From Gemmatimonadota bacterium (GTDB lineage: Bacteria; Gemmatimonadota; Gemmatimonadetes; Gemmatimonadales; GWC2-71-9), in NCBI GenBank assembly GCA_036679605.1, contig JAZDCZ010000182.1, positions 1 through 64,000 of the forward strand: 64,000 nt of DNA. Reading direction: 5' to 3'. The notes beneath the pieces were generated by a model. The model saw only the letters and a program-made list of their open reading frames with translations. It did not search any database and had not been told where the DNA came from. Positions 62,823 through 64,000 of the stretch are shown one piece after another. How positions within the stretch are numbered: position 1 is the stretch's first letter; each line of letters begins with the position of its first letter. The position numbers and the translations under genes were made by a program.

Positions 62823-63290
62823 TTAGCGCTTCTCGTACACCGAAGCTCGACCTTCCCGGTCGAACGCCATCACGTTGTATGGCTGCGGGTTCCCCATTTC
62901 CATTCCAGGAGATCCGGGCGGCATGCCGGGTACCGCGAGTCCAACGACGTCAGGCCGCTCTTCTAAGAACCGCCGCATGACGTCGGCCGGTACGTGACCT
63001 TCAATCACGTATCCCTCCACCACCCCCGTATGACATCCCTGAAGTTGAGCGGGAACGCCGTGTTCGGCCTTGATCGCTACCAGCTGAGCAGCACTCACGT
63101 GCTTGACCTCAACCTTGTATCCATTCGCTTGTAGGTGACCCACCCACTGAGTGCAACAGCCTCAGGTAGGCGTCTTGTAGACGGTGACGGTCAGTGCCGA
63201 TGGTGCGGTGCGAGGATACAGTGTCGCTCCGGCCGCCCCTCCCACTGCTACTACGCCCACCACCGCTAGAATAGTTGTCTTCGAAAGCAT
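62823..63290 (-). CDS. DUF411 (CopG-like) metal-binding protein, probable selenoprotein (UGCC)
   Basis: ATG 63290 with signal anchor reads YKTPT-[TGA]-GCC in frame into GCHT...IEGHVPA...GLAVPGMPPGSPGME; hairpin downstream of the TGA. Confidence 0.85.
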
Positions 63291-63388
63291 ATTCAGTTCC
63301 CTGGCTCGTTGTCAGAGTTGGTAATGCAGTATGAAAGATGTACAGAAGACTTCTGTCGCGCCACTTGCCCGTCTTCCCTTTCCCTCGG

Positions 63389-63443
63389 TTCTGCCTCCCA
63401 GTTTTACCGCCTCTGTTTCTACCGCATCTGTTCTACCGCTTGG
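63389..63443 (+). repeat. Four degenerate 13-14-bp units of the TTCTACCGC family
   Basis: ttctgcctcccag ttttaccgcctctg (t)ttctaccgcatctg ttctaccgcttgg. Confidence 0.75.
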
Positions 63444-63445
63444 GA

Positions 63446-64000
63446 TCAGGCTCCGGCCCGAAGCTCCTCCAGTTTTTCCCTCGCCTCTCGCGCATCGTCA
63501 AACTCCGGGTCTGCATCCTTCCAGACTTCGAGTGCCGTCTCCAAATGCTCTATCGCCTTCGCTGTTTCACCCGACTCGGCATAGGTAAGACCGAGTTCGT
63601 GATGGGTACGCGGACCAAATGGAGAGACTTTCAGAACCTCGTTCAGATATTTCTCGGCCAAATCGAACTTCCCAAGTTCTCTGTAGCACCGCCCGATCGA
63701 GAGCTTGGGGCCCGTGCTACTGGGATCATCCGCCAGCTCCGCCTCGTAGTTCCGGATCGCCTCATCAAACGATCCGCGCAGTTCATCTATGCGCCCACGT
63801 CCACGCATTACTGTCGACTGCAACAGTTGAACCCCGAACGCCTTGATGAACTGTTCCACTCCGACCAGTGCCTGCTCCGCACGATCGGGCTGCTCGAGCG
63901 CGAGGGCTATGGTCATTTGCCCGAGGGGAAGCATCTGGTTGAAGGGTGGGCCTAACTCGGCGGCGACCGCCTCGTACGTGCTTTGAGCAACTTCCACTTT
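63446..64000 (-). CDS. C-terminal TPR region of a gene starting beyond the window
   Basis: TPR helices (IGRCYRELG, LGLTYAESG), WKDADPEF tail; open to the window end. Confidence 0.8.
   Translation of the reverse strand, partial: KVEVAQSTYEAVAAELGPPFNQMLPLGQMTIALALEQPDRAEQALVGVEQFIKAFGVQLLQSTVMRGRGRIDELRGSFDEAIRNYEAELADDPSSTGPKLSIGRCYRELGKFDLAEKYLNEVLKVSPFGPRTHHELGLTYAESGETAKAIEHLETALEVWKDADPEFDDAREAREKLEELRAGA

Overview
GC-rich bacterial chromosomal window. Gene content (expanded Ser/Thr kinase-propeller receptors, PadR/ADOP pair, lipoproteins) suggests a Gemmatimonadota-like organism; this is inference. In order it holds: four tandem, translationally coupled receptor Ser/Thr kinases; an S9 peptidase; a TonB-dependent receptor; speD-speE; a divergent sigma54/IHF-controlled module (HD-GYP, enhancer-binding protein, HFS-motif lipoprotein, TPR protein); icd; a UvrD helicase with an inserted DEDDh exonuclease; sugar salvage genes; PadR-ADOP; a haem operon with a 5'-deleted hemY/hemG; an ApbE flavinylation cluster with a Fur-like box; and a copper-related locus with a degenerate multicopper oxidase and a likely DUF411 selenoprotein. 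The most striking element is non-coding (53116-53315). It is a tRNA with a complete leucine-type body but a valine (CAC) anticodon loop. It is followed by a sigma70-like promoter, a roughly 70-nt RNA antisense to the 5' half of that tRNA including the anticodon, and an intrinsic terminator. This is a candidate RNA-only mistranslating-tRNA / anti-tRNA system. No CRISPR array, rRNA or transposase was seen.
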